Assembly: GCA_965228735.1 (NCBI GenBank)
Contig: OZ245838.1
Coordinates: forward strand, 6,624,001 to 6,688,000
Origin: Planctomycetota bacterium
GTDB lineage: Bacteria; Planctomycetota; UBA1135; UBA2386
Reading direction: 5' to 3'
Length of the DNA stretch: 64,000 bases
The position numbers were made by a program, and so were the translations under genes. Positions 56,316 through 64,000 of this stretch are shown here, piece by piece. Every line of letters starts with the position of its first letter. The stretch's first letter is position 1. Under the pieces are notes generated by a model. That model did no database searches. It had not been told where the DNA came from and saw only the letters and a list, made by a program, of their open reading frames with translations.

Positions 56316-57632
56316 GTGAAGCTCGCGCCGACCTCGCGTCTCTCGAACCTCGCCGATCACGTGCGCTCCAGCCTCTGGTTCCTGCCGGCGGTCGCGATGG
56401 TCTGCGCGCTGCTCGTGGCGTGCGGAATGGTCCTCGTCGACACGTGGCTGGAGGACTCCCCGCTGGGGTCCTTGCCGTGGATCGCGAACCTCGGTGCCGG
56501 CACGGCGCAGCTCATCCTGTCGACGCTCGCCGGGTCGATCATGACCGTCAGCGGCGTCGTCTTCTCCATCACGGTCGTGAGTCTGACGCTCGCGTCGTCG
56601 CAGTTCGGGCCGCGGCTCCTGCGCAGCTTCATGCGTGACCGGATGACGCAGGGCTGCTTCGGGATGCTGCTCGGCACGTTCCTGTACTGCCTCGTCGTCC
56701 TCGTCACGATCGGCGACGGCGGGCGGAACGGCGGCCGACCGTTCGTCCCGGAGCTCAGCGTCGTCGTCGCGGTCGGGCTGGCGATCGGCAGTGTCGGCGT
56801 CGTGACCTACTTCGTTCACCGGGTCGCGAGCAGCATTCAGGTGGCCAACATCATCGCGAGCGTCGCCGACGAACTGTGCGACGCGATCGAGGTCATGTTC
56901 CCGGAGCCGATCGGTGACCCCGAACACGGTGGCGACAGCGGCGCTGGCGGCGACGGCGGCGGCGAGAATGGCGATCCGATCTCGGCAGGGCTCGAGCGTG
57001 GTCCCGTCGTCGAGGTTCGGGCGGAGTGCGAGGGCTACGTTCGGGTCGTGCGCTCGGAGCTGTTGCTCGACCTCGCCCGTGAGCACGACCTCGTGATCGA
57101 TCTGCTCGAGCGGCCCGGCAGCTTCGTGGTGCGAGGCATGCCGATCATGCGGGTTGCGACGGCCCGGGCGGGGACCGTTCCCGACGAGGTCGCGCCGCGG
57201 TTGGCCGAAGCACTGATCACCGGCCCGGAGCGGACGGCGGTGCAGGATCTGGCGTTCCCGATCGACCAGATCGTCGAGGTCGCCCTGCGGGCGCTGTCGC
57301 CCGGCATCAACGATCCGGAGACCGCCGTTCGATGCGCGGACCGACTGTCGCAAGCGATGGCGCGGCTCGCGAACCGCCGCTGGCCGACGCCGGTGCGCGT
57401 CGATTCCGACGGCAACCCGCGAGTGCTGGCGCCCGTCGCCGAGTTCGGGGCGCTCCTGCGCAGCGGCTTCGAGCGGATCGCGCGCGCCGCGACCCGCGCC
57501 GATGCGCGCGAGGTCAGAGCTGCGATCGCGCGGGCGTTGCGGCGGGTCGCGGCGGTCGCGAAGAACGGCGAACGGCGAGAACAGGCCGAGGAACTCGCGC
57601 GCGAGCTGACGGCCCGCGCGGATCCGGAGTAG
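56316..57632 (+). CDS. DUF2254 family membrane protein
   Basis: SLWFLP, LTLASSQFGPRLL, ALRALSPGINDPETA. Confidence 0.85.
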   Translation: MKLAPTSRLSNLADHVRSSLWFLPAVAMVCALLVACGMVLVDTWLEDSPLGSLPWIANLGAGTAQLILSTLAGSIMTVSGVVFSITVVSLTLASSQFGPRLLRSFMRDRMTQGCFGMLLGTFLYCLVVLVTIGDGGRNGGRPFVPELSVVVAVGLAIGSVGVVTYFVHRVASSIQVANIIASVADELCDAIEVMFPEPIGDPEHGGDSGAGGDGGGENGDPISAGLERGPVVEVRAECEGYVRVVRSELLLDLAREHDLVIDLLERPGSFVVRGMPIMRVATARAGTVPDEVAPRLAEALITGPERTAVQDLAFPIDQIVEVALRALSPGINDPETAVRCADRLSQAMARLANRRWPTPVRVDSDGNPRVLAPVAEFGALLRSGFERIARAATRADAREVRAAIARALRRVAAVAKNGERREQAEELARELTARADPE

Positions 57633-57675
57633 CGGCACCCTTGCAAACGTCGGCGGGGCCGGCGATGACGAGGGC

Positions 57676-58281
57676 GTGCTTCAGGCCCTCGAGTTCGTGG
57701 CGGTGATCTCCGGCGCGCTGTTCGGTGTGCTCCTCGCGCGCAGCAAGGGGATGGACGTGATCGGTGTCTTCGCGGTCGCGTTCGTCGTGGCGTTCGGTGG
57801 CGGCACGCTGCGCGACGTGCTGCTCGATCGTGCGCCGTTGTTCTGGATCCAGAACGAGCACTACGTGTGGACGGTGTTCGGGATCGCGTTCGTCGGCGCT
57901 TTCGTGCCGCGCTTCCCGCGGCGTTTCGAGCGCTGGCTCGAGGTGCCGGACGCCATCGGGCTCGCGCTGTTCGGCATCGTCGGGGCCGGGGTCGCGAGCA
58001 GATACGAGATGACGTGGTTCCTCGCGGTCCTGTTCGGCGTCGTCACCGCGACGTTCGGTGGCGTGATCGCGGACATCATCTGCAACGATCTGCCCCGGCT
58101 CTTTCGTCCGACGACCCAACTCTATGCGAGCTGCGCGTTCGTCGGCGCCGCGCTCTACCTGCTGCTGCGCGGCACCGTCCTCGGGGAGGCGTGGGCGCAG
58201 GGGCTCGGTGTCATCGCCGTCCTCACGCTCCGTTTCGTCGCGCTCCGCTTCGACCTGCGGCTGCCCGCGTCACCGGCGTGA
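57676..58281 (+). CDS. Trimeric intracellular cation channel (UPF0126) family protein
   Basis: GMDVIG, FGGGTLRDVLL, DAIGLALF, FGGVIADI duplicated halves. Confidence 0.9.
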   Translation: MLQALEFVAVISGALFGVLLARSKGMDVIGVFAVAFVVAFGGGTLRDVLLDRAPLFWIQNEHYVWTVFGIAFVGAFVPRFPRRFERWLEVPDAIGLALFGIVGAGVASRYEMTWFLAVLFGVVTATFGGVIADIICNDLPRLFRPTTQLYASCAFVGAALYLLLRGTVLGEAWAQGLGVIAVLTLRFVALRFDLRLPASPA

Positions 58282-58355
58282 CCAGCCAATCGGTGAACGG
58301 GCGAAACCCGGTATCTTTGTCTCGCCAGCGCAGAGCCACTACAGTCCGCGCACGC

Positions 58356-59045
58356 ATGGCCGACACTCCGCCCGCATCCTCCAACGGACCGTTCTCCGAC
58401 TGGTTCGAGCAGCTCTGGACCCATCGTGAGGAGAAGGTCTACACCGCGCTGTTCGGTGACCTCGGTGAGGGCATCTACACCGCGCAGGCGTCGACGTACG
58501 AGCGCTTCGGCAAGCAGCCGCATCCGGGCTGGCTCAACCACGGCGTGTTCGCGAGTCCGCCCAACGACGACCGCCAGAGCTGGCTCTACGTGACTTCGGG
58601 GCTCAGTAACCCGTGGAATCTCGATGCGCCGGGCAAGGATCCCACGGGGTTCTCGGGGGTCGGGTTCGAGCTGGCCATCGAGACGCCGGATCCCGCGAGC
58701 TGGGCGGTCGCTCTGCTGCACAACCTCATGGCGTACGAACTGCTCGTCGCCGTCGGCAGCTACGAGAACGCGGAGCTGCTCGAATACGGCAACCGCGTGC
58801 CGCTCGAGAACTCCGTGACACCCGACTTCGAGTCCGCGATCCGCTGGCTGCTCGTCACGCAGCCGCAGCACTACGAGTCGGCGTTCTCGCTGGCCTCGGG
58901 CCGGGTCGACATCTACCACCTCGTCGGCGCGACGGATGCGGAGGTGCAGTTCGCGCGCGAGAAGGACCAGGACCAGCTGCTCGCGCTGCTGCAGCAGCGC
59001 GGTGCCGCGCCCGTGACGAACGTGGCCCGGGAGAGCGTGCGGTGA
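58356..59045 (+). CDS. Suppressor-of-fused (SUFU) domain protein
   Basis: WLYVTSGLSNPW, SGVGFELAI, LVGATDAEVQFA. Confidence 0.8.
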   Translation: MADTPPASSNGPFSDWFEQLWTHREEKVYTALFGDLGEGIYTAQASTYERFGKQPHPGWLNHGVFASPPNDDRQSWLYVTSGLSNPWNLDAPGKDPTGFSGVGFELAIETPDPASWAVALLHNLMAYELLVAVGSYENAELLEYGNRVPLENSVTPDFESAIRWLLVTQPQHYESAFSLASGRVDIYHLVGATDAEVQFAREKDQDQLLALLQQRGAAPVTNVARESVR

Positions 59046-59050
59046 CGGCG

Positions 59051-59284
59051 ATGCGCGGGCCGAACGAGCAGCGGCCGCGCGCCGGCCAGGTCGCGACGCC
59101 GTGCATCAACGTCTGCGTCGTCGATCGCCATGGCTACTGCTCGGGTTGTCGCCGCAGTCTCGACGAGATCGCGCGGTGGGGCAGCATGACGGACGCGGAA
59201 CGGCAGGCCGTGATGGCGTTTCTGCCGGGGCGAGTCGCCGGCGGGGCGGCTGGCCCGAACGGCGGCGAGAAGCGGCGCGGCTGA
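59051..59284 (+). CDS. DUF1289 family small Cys-rich protein
   Basis: TPCINVC...YCSGCRRSLDEIARW; GTG 59042 alternative start. Confidence 0.85.
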   Translation: MRGPNEQRPRAGQVATPCINVCVVDRHGYCSGCRRSLDEIARWGSMTDAERQAVMAFLPGRVAGGAAGPNGGEKRRG

Positions 59285-59318
59285 CCCGCTGCGGCCGGAT
59301 CTCGGCTACGATCGTGCA

Positions 59319-61802
59319 ATGCTCGCTCGTTCGCTCTCGTGGTCCGCGACCGTTCTGCTCGTCGCCGTTGCCAATGTGCCGGTCGCTGCCCAGGACTTCG
59401 TTCAGGATGGGCCGCCCAGGCGCCACCTCGTTGCCGTTCGGACCACGGGGCCGGCGCAGATGCAGGCGCTGCTCGCGCTCGAGCTCGACCTCGCCGCGTG
59501 CCGCACGCCGCTGCCGGCGCAGCGCCGCATCGAGGTGATCGTCGACGATGCCGAGCTCGCCACGCTGCAGGCGAACGGCTTCGCGACCCGCGTGCTGCAG
59601 CGCGACCTGGCGGGTTGGTACGAGGCTCGGGCGCGGGCGGCGATGCCGGTCGGCGGCTACCCGGACCAACCCAACCCGCCGCTCGGTCAGGGCGCGATGG
59701 GGGGGCACTGGACGTTCGCCCAGATGGAATCGATCCTCGACGAGCTGCACAACGACAACCCGGCGATCTGCGCGGCCAAGGTCTCGATCGGCACCTCGAT
59801 CGAGAACCGTCCGCTGTGGATGGTCAAGATCAGCGACAACGTCAACGTCGACGAGAACGAGCCCGAGGTCCTGTTCGATGCGCTGCACCACGCGCGCGAG
59901 CCGCTGTCGATGGAGACGACGATCGTCTTCATGGAGTGGCTGATCGACAACTACGGCATCGATCCCGACGCGACGCTGATCGTGGACGAGCGTGAGCTGT
60001 TCTTCGTGCCGTGCGTCAATCCCGACGGCTACGTCTACAACGAGACGACCAACCCGAACGGCGGCGGGCTGTGGCGCAAGAACCGGCGGCTCAACGCCGA
60101 CAACACCTACGGCGTCGATCTCAATCGCAACTACGCGACGCAGTGGATCGCACCGAACGGCGGCAGCTCCACGACGCCGAACAACCAGACCTACCGCGGG
60201 ACCGCCCCGTTCAGCGAGCCGGAGACGACCGCGATGGAGGCGTTCTCCGCGGCGCGCAATTTCGTGAGCGTGTTCTCGACGCACACCTATGCCGACATCC
60301 TGCTGCGGCCGTGGTGCTGGGAGGTCAACGACCCGGCCAACGTCGCCGACTATCAGGCGCTCGGAGACTATCTCACGATCGAGAACGGCATGCCGCACGG
60401 CCGCTGGTCGACGCTGCTCTACATCTCCGGCGGCACGTCGGTCGACCATCATCACACCGCGCGCGGGTCCTACAGCTGGACGGCCGAGCTCGGCCGCAGC
60501 AGCGAGGGCGGGTTCTGGCCGTTCGGTCAGGCGATCCTCGACGTCGCCGAGCGCTACCAGCCGATGTTCCGCAAGGTCGCGCTGACCGCGGGCGCGACGC
60601 TGACGATCGCCGACGTCGCGGTCACGGAGGGGCCGGGCGGCAACGGCAACCAGACGGTCGAAGCGGGCGAGACCGGTCACGTCGTCGTGAACGTCGACAA
60701 CGCCGGACTGCTCGCAGCGACCGGCGTCGCCACGTTGCAGGCCGTCACCCCGGGAGTGGCCATCGGCGTCGGCAGCGCGCCGCTCGGCAGCGTGGCGTCG
60801 TTCGGTTCGGCGTCCAACGCGAGTGTGCCGCTCACGTTCTCGACCGCGGTGAGCATCGGCGTTCCGGTCGTGCAGCTGCGCGTCGCGGTGACGGGCGGCG
60901 GTCGCACGATCGAGCAGACCGTCGCGATCGAGCTCGAGCCCAGGCGTCCGGTGCTCGTCGACGACTTCGAGGCGGACCATGGTTTCGCGCGCGCGGCGGT
61001 CGGCACGGCGACGACAGGGCTCTGGGAACGCGCCGCGCCGCAGCAGACGACCAACGGCGGCACGACCTATCAGCCGGGGTTCCAGACGACGCCCGGCGGC
61101 TCGCTGTGCTGGGTCACGGACGGTCGCGCGGGCACGAGCGTCGGCAGCTGGGACGTGGACTCGGGCTACACCGATCTGCTGTCGCCGATCATGGACCTGT
61201 CGCATCTGACCGCGGCCCGCGCGGAGTTCGCGTTGTGGTACGCGGAGAGCGCGAGCAACGACGCGCTCGCGATCGACGTGAGCCGCGACGGCGGCGCCAA
61301 CTTCACGCCGCTGCTCTCACGCAACACGTCGACGAACGGTTGGGTCACGGTCGACCTCGATCTCGGCGCGCCGCTCACGGCGACGATGCAGCTGCGCGTG
61401 CGCGCTCAGGACCTGTCGCCGTCGCTCGTCGAGTGCCTCGTCGACGACCTCGTGATCAGCGGCTTCCCGCGGAACGGCGCGATGACGCTGCTCGGATCGG
61501 GCGCGCCGAGCACGACGATCCAGGCCGCGATGCACGGCCCGGTCGGTGCGCTGCTCGCGCCGATCGTCGCATTCGGATCGGGGCCCGGCACCACGTTCCC
61601 GGGCGTCGCCGGCACGCTGCTCCTCGATCCGGGCAGCGCGTTCCTGCTGCCGTTCGTCGTGGCGGATGGCGACGGCCGTGGCGTCACGACGGTGGCGCTG
61701 CCGCCGGCGGGCTTCGCCGGCGTGGTGTTGCACTTCCAGGCCGGAGTGCTCGGCACGAATGCGATGTTCGGCGGCAACGCGCAGGCCCTCGTGCTGCAGT
61801 AG
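59319..61802 (+). CDS. Secreted M14 zinc carboxypeptidase (carboxypeptidase T-like) with C-terminal beta domains
   Basis: HHARE, NPDG, WRKNRR, GVDLNRNY, PFSEPET, HTY. Confidence 0.92.
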   Translation: MLARSLSWSATVLLVAVANVPVAAQDFVQDGPPRRHLVAVRTTGPAQMQALLALELDLAACRTPLPAQRRIEVIVDDAELATLQANGFATRVLQRDLAGWYEARARAAMPVGGYPDQPNPPLGQGAMGGHWTFAQMESILDELHNDNPAICAAKVSIGTSIENRPLWMVKISDNVNVDENEPEVLFDALHHAREPLSMETTIVFMEWLIDNYGIDPDATLIVDERELFFVPCVNPDGYVYNETTNPNGGGLWRKNRRLNADNTYGVDLNRNYATQWIAPNGGSSTTPNNQTYRGTAPFSEPETTAMEAFSAARNFVSVFSTHTYADILLRPWCWEVNDPANVADYQALGDYLTIENGMPHGRWSTLLYISGGTSVDHHHTARGSYSWTAELGRSSEGGFWPFGQAILDVAERYQPMFRKVALTAGATLTIADVAVTEGPGGNGNQTVEAGETGHVVVNVDNAGLLAATGVATLQAVTPGVAIGVGSAPLGSVASFGSASNASVPLTFSTAVSIGVPVVQLRVAVTGGGRTIEQTVAIELEPRRPVLVDDFEADHGFARAAVGTATTGLWERAAPQQTTNGGTTYQPGFQTTPGGSLCWVTDGRAGTSVGSWDVDSGYTDLLSPIMDLSHLTAARAEFALWYAESASNDALAIDVSRDGGANFTPLLSRNTSTNGWVTVDLDLGAPLTATMQLRVRAQDLSPSLVECLVDDLVISGFPRNGAMTLLGSGAPSTTIQAAMHGPVGALLAPIVAFGSGPGTTFPGVAGTLLLDPGSAFLLPFVVADGDGRGVTTVALPPAGFAGVVLHFQAGVLGTNAMFGGNAQALVLQ

Positions 61803-62000
61803 ACGGCGCTCGTCGACCTCTCGCCCGCCGGTGCGGCCGGAGCGGCTTACGGACCACCGGCAACCGCGCCGGGGTTCGTGTGACCCCGGGGGCTTCGGTG
61901 ACTACGAGAGCACGCTACATTGCCCCACGCCCCCAACGCGGTCGGGGTCTTCTGCGTCGGCCGCACCACCACTCGCCTCCGCCACACCCTCAGGGAATCC

Positions 62001-63524
62001 ATGTTCCGACTTCTGCTCCCGCTCGTTCTCGCGGGCTCGCTCTCCGCGCAGGTCTCGTACTACGTCGCCACGCTCGACGGTGCCCAGGAAGTGCCGCCCG
62101 TCGCGACCAACGGTGGCGGCTACGCGGTCGTTCGCCTGCAAGAACCGGCGAACACCGTGCGGATCTTCATCCACTACTTCGGTCTCACGACGACGCCGAC
62201 CGCCGGTCACCTCCACGCTGGCACGTTCGGCAACAACGGGCCGATCGTCGTCGGGCTCGGCGGTCCGGCCGGCAACGGCACGTTCGTCGGCACCGGCACG
62301 CTGACGGCGGCCGAGGTCGCCGCGCTCAAGACCGGTGGCCACTACATCAACGTCCACACCCCGGCAGTGCCGAGCGGTGAACTGCGCGGGCAGGTCGTGA
62401 CCGCTGACAGCACGCGCTTCAACTCGATGCTCGACGGTTCGCAGGAGGTTCCGGCGACGACGAGTGCGGCGACGGGCAGCGCGATCGCGTTCCTGCACGA
62501 GCCGGACAACCGCCTCGTGTATTGCCTCGAGACGACCGGGATGGCCACGATCAACGCGGCGCACCTGCACTTCGGCGCGGTCGGCAACAACGGGCCGATC
62601 CTCGCGGGTCTCAACGGCGGGGTCGGCGGCACGTTCTGCGGCGTCACCGATCGCCTGACCGCGGCCGAGATGACGGCGATCACGTCGGGCGCGACCTACT
62701 TCAACGTCCACACGCCGACGTTCCCGGGCGGCGAGATTCGCGGTCAGCTGCTGCGCGATGCGGGTTCGGACTTCGCGGCGCGCTGCAACGGCGCCGAGGA
62801 AGTGCCGCCCGTCGCGACGAGCGGCGTCGCCACGGCATCGGTGCACATCGACAAGGACGGCGTCCTGAGCATCGAGGTGTCGCACACCGGTCTGACCGGC
62901 ACGCTGAACGCGGCGCACATCCACAACGCGCCGTTCGGCTCGAACGGCCCGATCGTGCTCGGGCTGGCCCCGAGCGGGAGCAAGTTCGTCGGCACGATGA
63001 CGCCGACCCCGGCCGAGCTCGCGCAGCTGCGGAACGGCGATTGGTACGTCAACCTGCACACGAGCGGGTTCCCGAGCGGCGAGGTTCGAGGGCAGCTGCG
63101 CGGCGTCAACCTGCCGGCCACGTTCGGGCCGAGCTGCGCGAGCGGGACCGGCACGCGCCTCGAGATCGGCGCGACCGGCTTCGCCGCGGTCGGCGCTTCG
63201 GTCGACATCGACCTCTACGGCGCGACGCCGGGCAGCGTCGGATTCCTCGCGCTCGGCTTCAACCGCGACCTGAGCGGTCTCGGCGCCCTGCCGCTCGCGT
63301 TCCCCGCGATCGGCCTCAACGCGCCGTGCTTCGTGCTCGTCGATCCCGTCAGCTCGCTGCTCAACTTCGCCGATGGCAACGGCTGCGCGACGCAGACGCT
63401 GTCGTTCGGCTACGTGCCGAGCCTGTCGGGCCTGCTGGTCTACGGCCAGTGGTTCGTCGCCGACCCGGGGGCGAACCCGGCCGGGCTCGCGGCGAGCAAC
63501 GGGCTCGAACTCGTGCTCCTGTAG
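62001..63524 (+). CDS. Secreted protein with three CHRD domains
   Basis: Three repeats of G.QEVP...AHLH...NGPI...Y.NVHT..P.GE.RGQ. Confidence 0.9.
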   Translation: MFRLLLPLVLAGSLSAQVSYYVATLDGAQEVPPVATNGGGYAVVRLQEPANTVRIFIHYFGLTTTPTAGHLHAGTFGNNGPIVVGLGGPAGNGTFVGTGTLTAAEVAALKTGGHYINVHTPAVPSGELRGQVVTADSTRFNSMLDGSQEVPATTSAATGSAIAFLHEPDNRLVYCLETTGMATINAAHLHFGAVGNNGPILAGLNGGVGGTFCGVTDRLTAAEMTAITSGATYFNVHTPTFPGGEIRGQLLRDAGSDFAARCNGAEEVPPVATSGVATASVHIDKDGVLSIEVSHTGLTGTLNAAHIHNAPFGSNGPIVLGLAPSGSKFVGTMTPTPAELAQLRNGDWYVNLHTSGFPSGEVRGQLRGVNLPATFGPSCASGTGTRLEIGATGFAAVGASVDIDLYGATPGSVGFLALGFNRDLSGLGALPLAFPAIGLNAPCFVLVDPVSSLLNFADGNGCATQTLSFGYVPSLSGLLVYGQWFVADPGANPAGLAASNGLELVLL

Positions 63525-63560
63525 CGCGACGCCGGGCCGAACCGTTACAACGGCGCGGCC

Positions 63561-64000
63561 ATGTCGACCGTTCGAGCCCTGAGTGCCGCGCTCGTCCTCG
63601 CGAGCGCGGCAGCGGCGCAGCAGACCGGGTCGAAAGGCGCCGCGGCGTGGGCCTACCGGGCGCCGCTAGCGGCGAGTCCGCTGGCGACCGAAGCCGACGG
63701 CTGGTGCCGCGACCCGATCGATCGCTACGTCCTCGCCGGTCTCCGGGCGGCCGGCCTGCAGCCGTCGCCCGCGGCCGATCCCGCCGTGCTGCTGCGACGG
63801 GCCTGCCTCGCGCTCACCGGTTTGCCGCCGTCACCCGCCGAGGTGACCGCGTTCCTCGCGGATGAACGCATCGACGCCTTCGAGCGACGTGTCGACGAAC
63901 TGCTCGCGAGCGTCGCGTGCGCGGAGCACCTCGCGAGCACGTGGCTCGACCTCGGTCGCTTCGCCGACACCTACGGCTATCAGGCGGACATGGAATGCCG
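63561..64000 (+). CDS. DUF1549-domain (planctomycete-type) protein, truncated by window edge
   Basis: WAYRAP, DPIDRYVLA, LLRRACLALTGLPP, WLDLGRFADTYG. Confidence 0.88.
   Translation, partial: MSTVRALSAALVLASAAAAQQTGSKGAAAWAYRAPLAASPLATEADGWCRDPIDRYVLAGLRAAGLQPSPAADPAVLLRRACLALTGLPPSPAEVTAFLADERIDAFERRVDELLASVACAEHLASTWLDLGRFADTYGYQADMEC

Overview
Very GC-rich bacterial chromosome segment, most likely Planctomycetota (a DUF1549-type protein start, a C-terminally extended Flp pilin and many secreted hypothetical proteins; taxonomy is inference). The left part (0.7-15.7 kb) is an accessory module: an 11-gene Tad/Flp pilus operon. On its left, divergently, are a His/Cys-rich exported leader ORF ending in the RAPP ribosome-arrest motif and an ECF sigma factor with a His/Cys-rich linker. 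On its right is a convergent TonB-dependent receptor. The same GGAACTC-N12/13-GGCACT motif precedes the secretin and the pilin, so the best candidate new system is a metal-sensing, arrest-peptide-controlled ECF sigma factor driving a Tad pilus. The rest is mostly housekeeping (ybaB, recR, hrpB, rpoN, truA, leuB-like, purA, uppS, cdsA, phoH, ybeY, fliA-like, lysA, glpK, lon, nth) mixed with secreted proteins. Other notable items are a sigma54 activator followed by a clear -24/-12 promoter, a tandem structured RNA candidate (50.9-51.3 kb), REP-like inverted repeats, a three-domain HtrA-like protease with one intact active site, and a C-terminal domain shared by three unrelated secreted proteins. 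No rRNA, tRNA, CRISPR array or transposase was seen. Family assignments come from motif recognition by eye, with no database searches.
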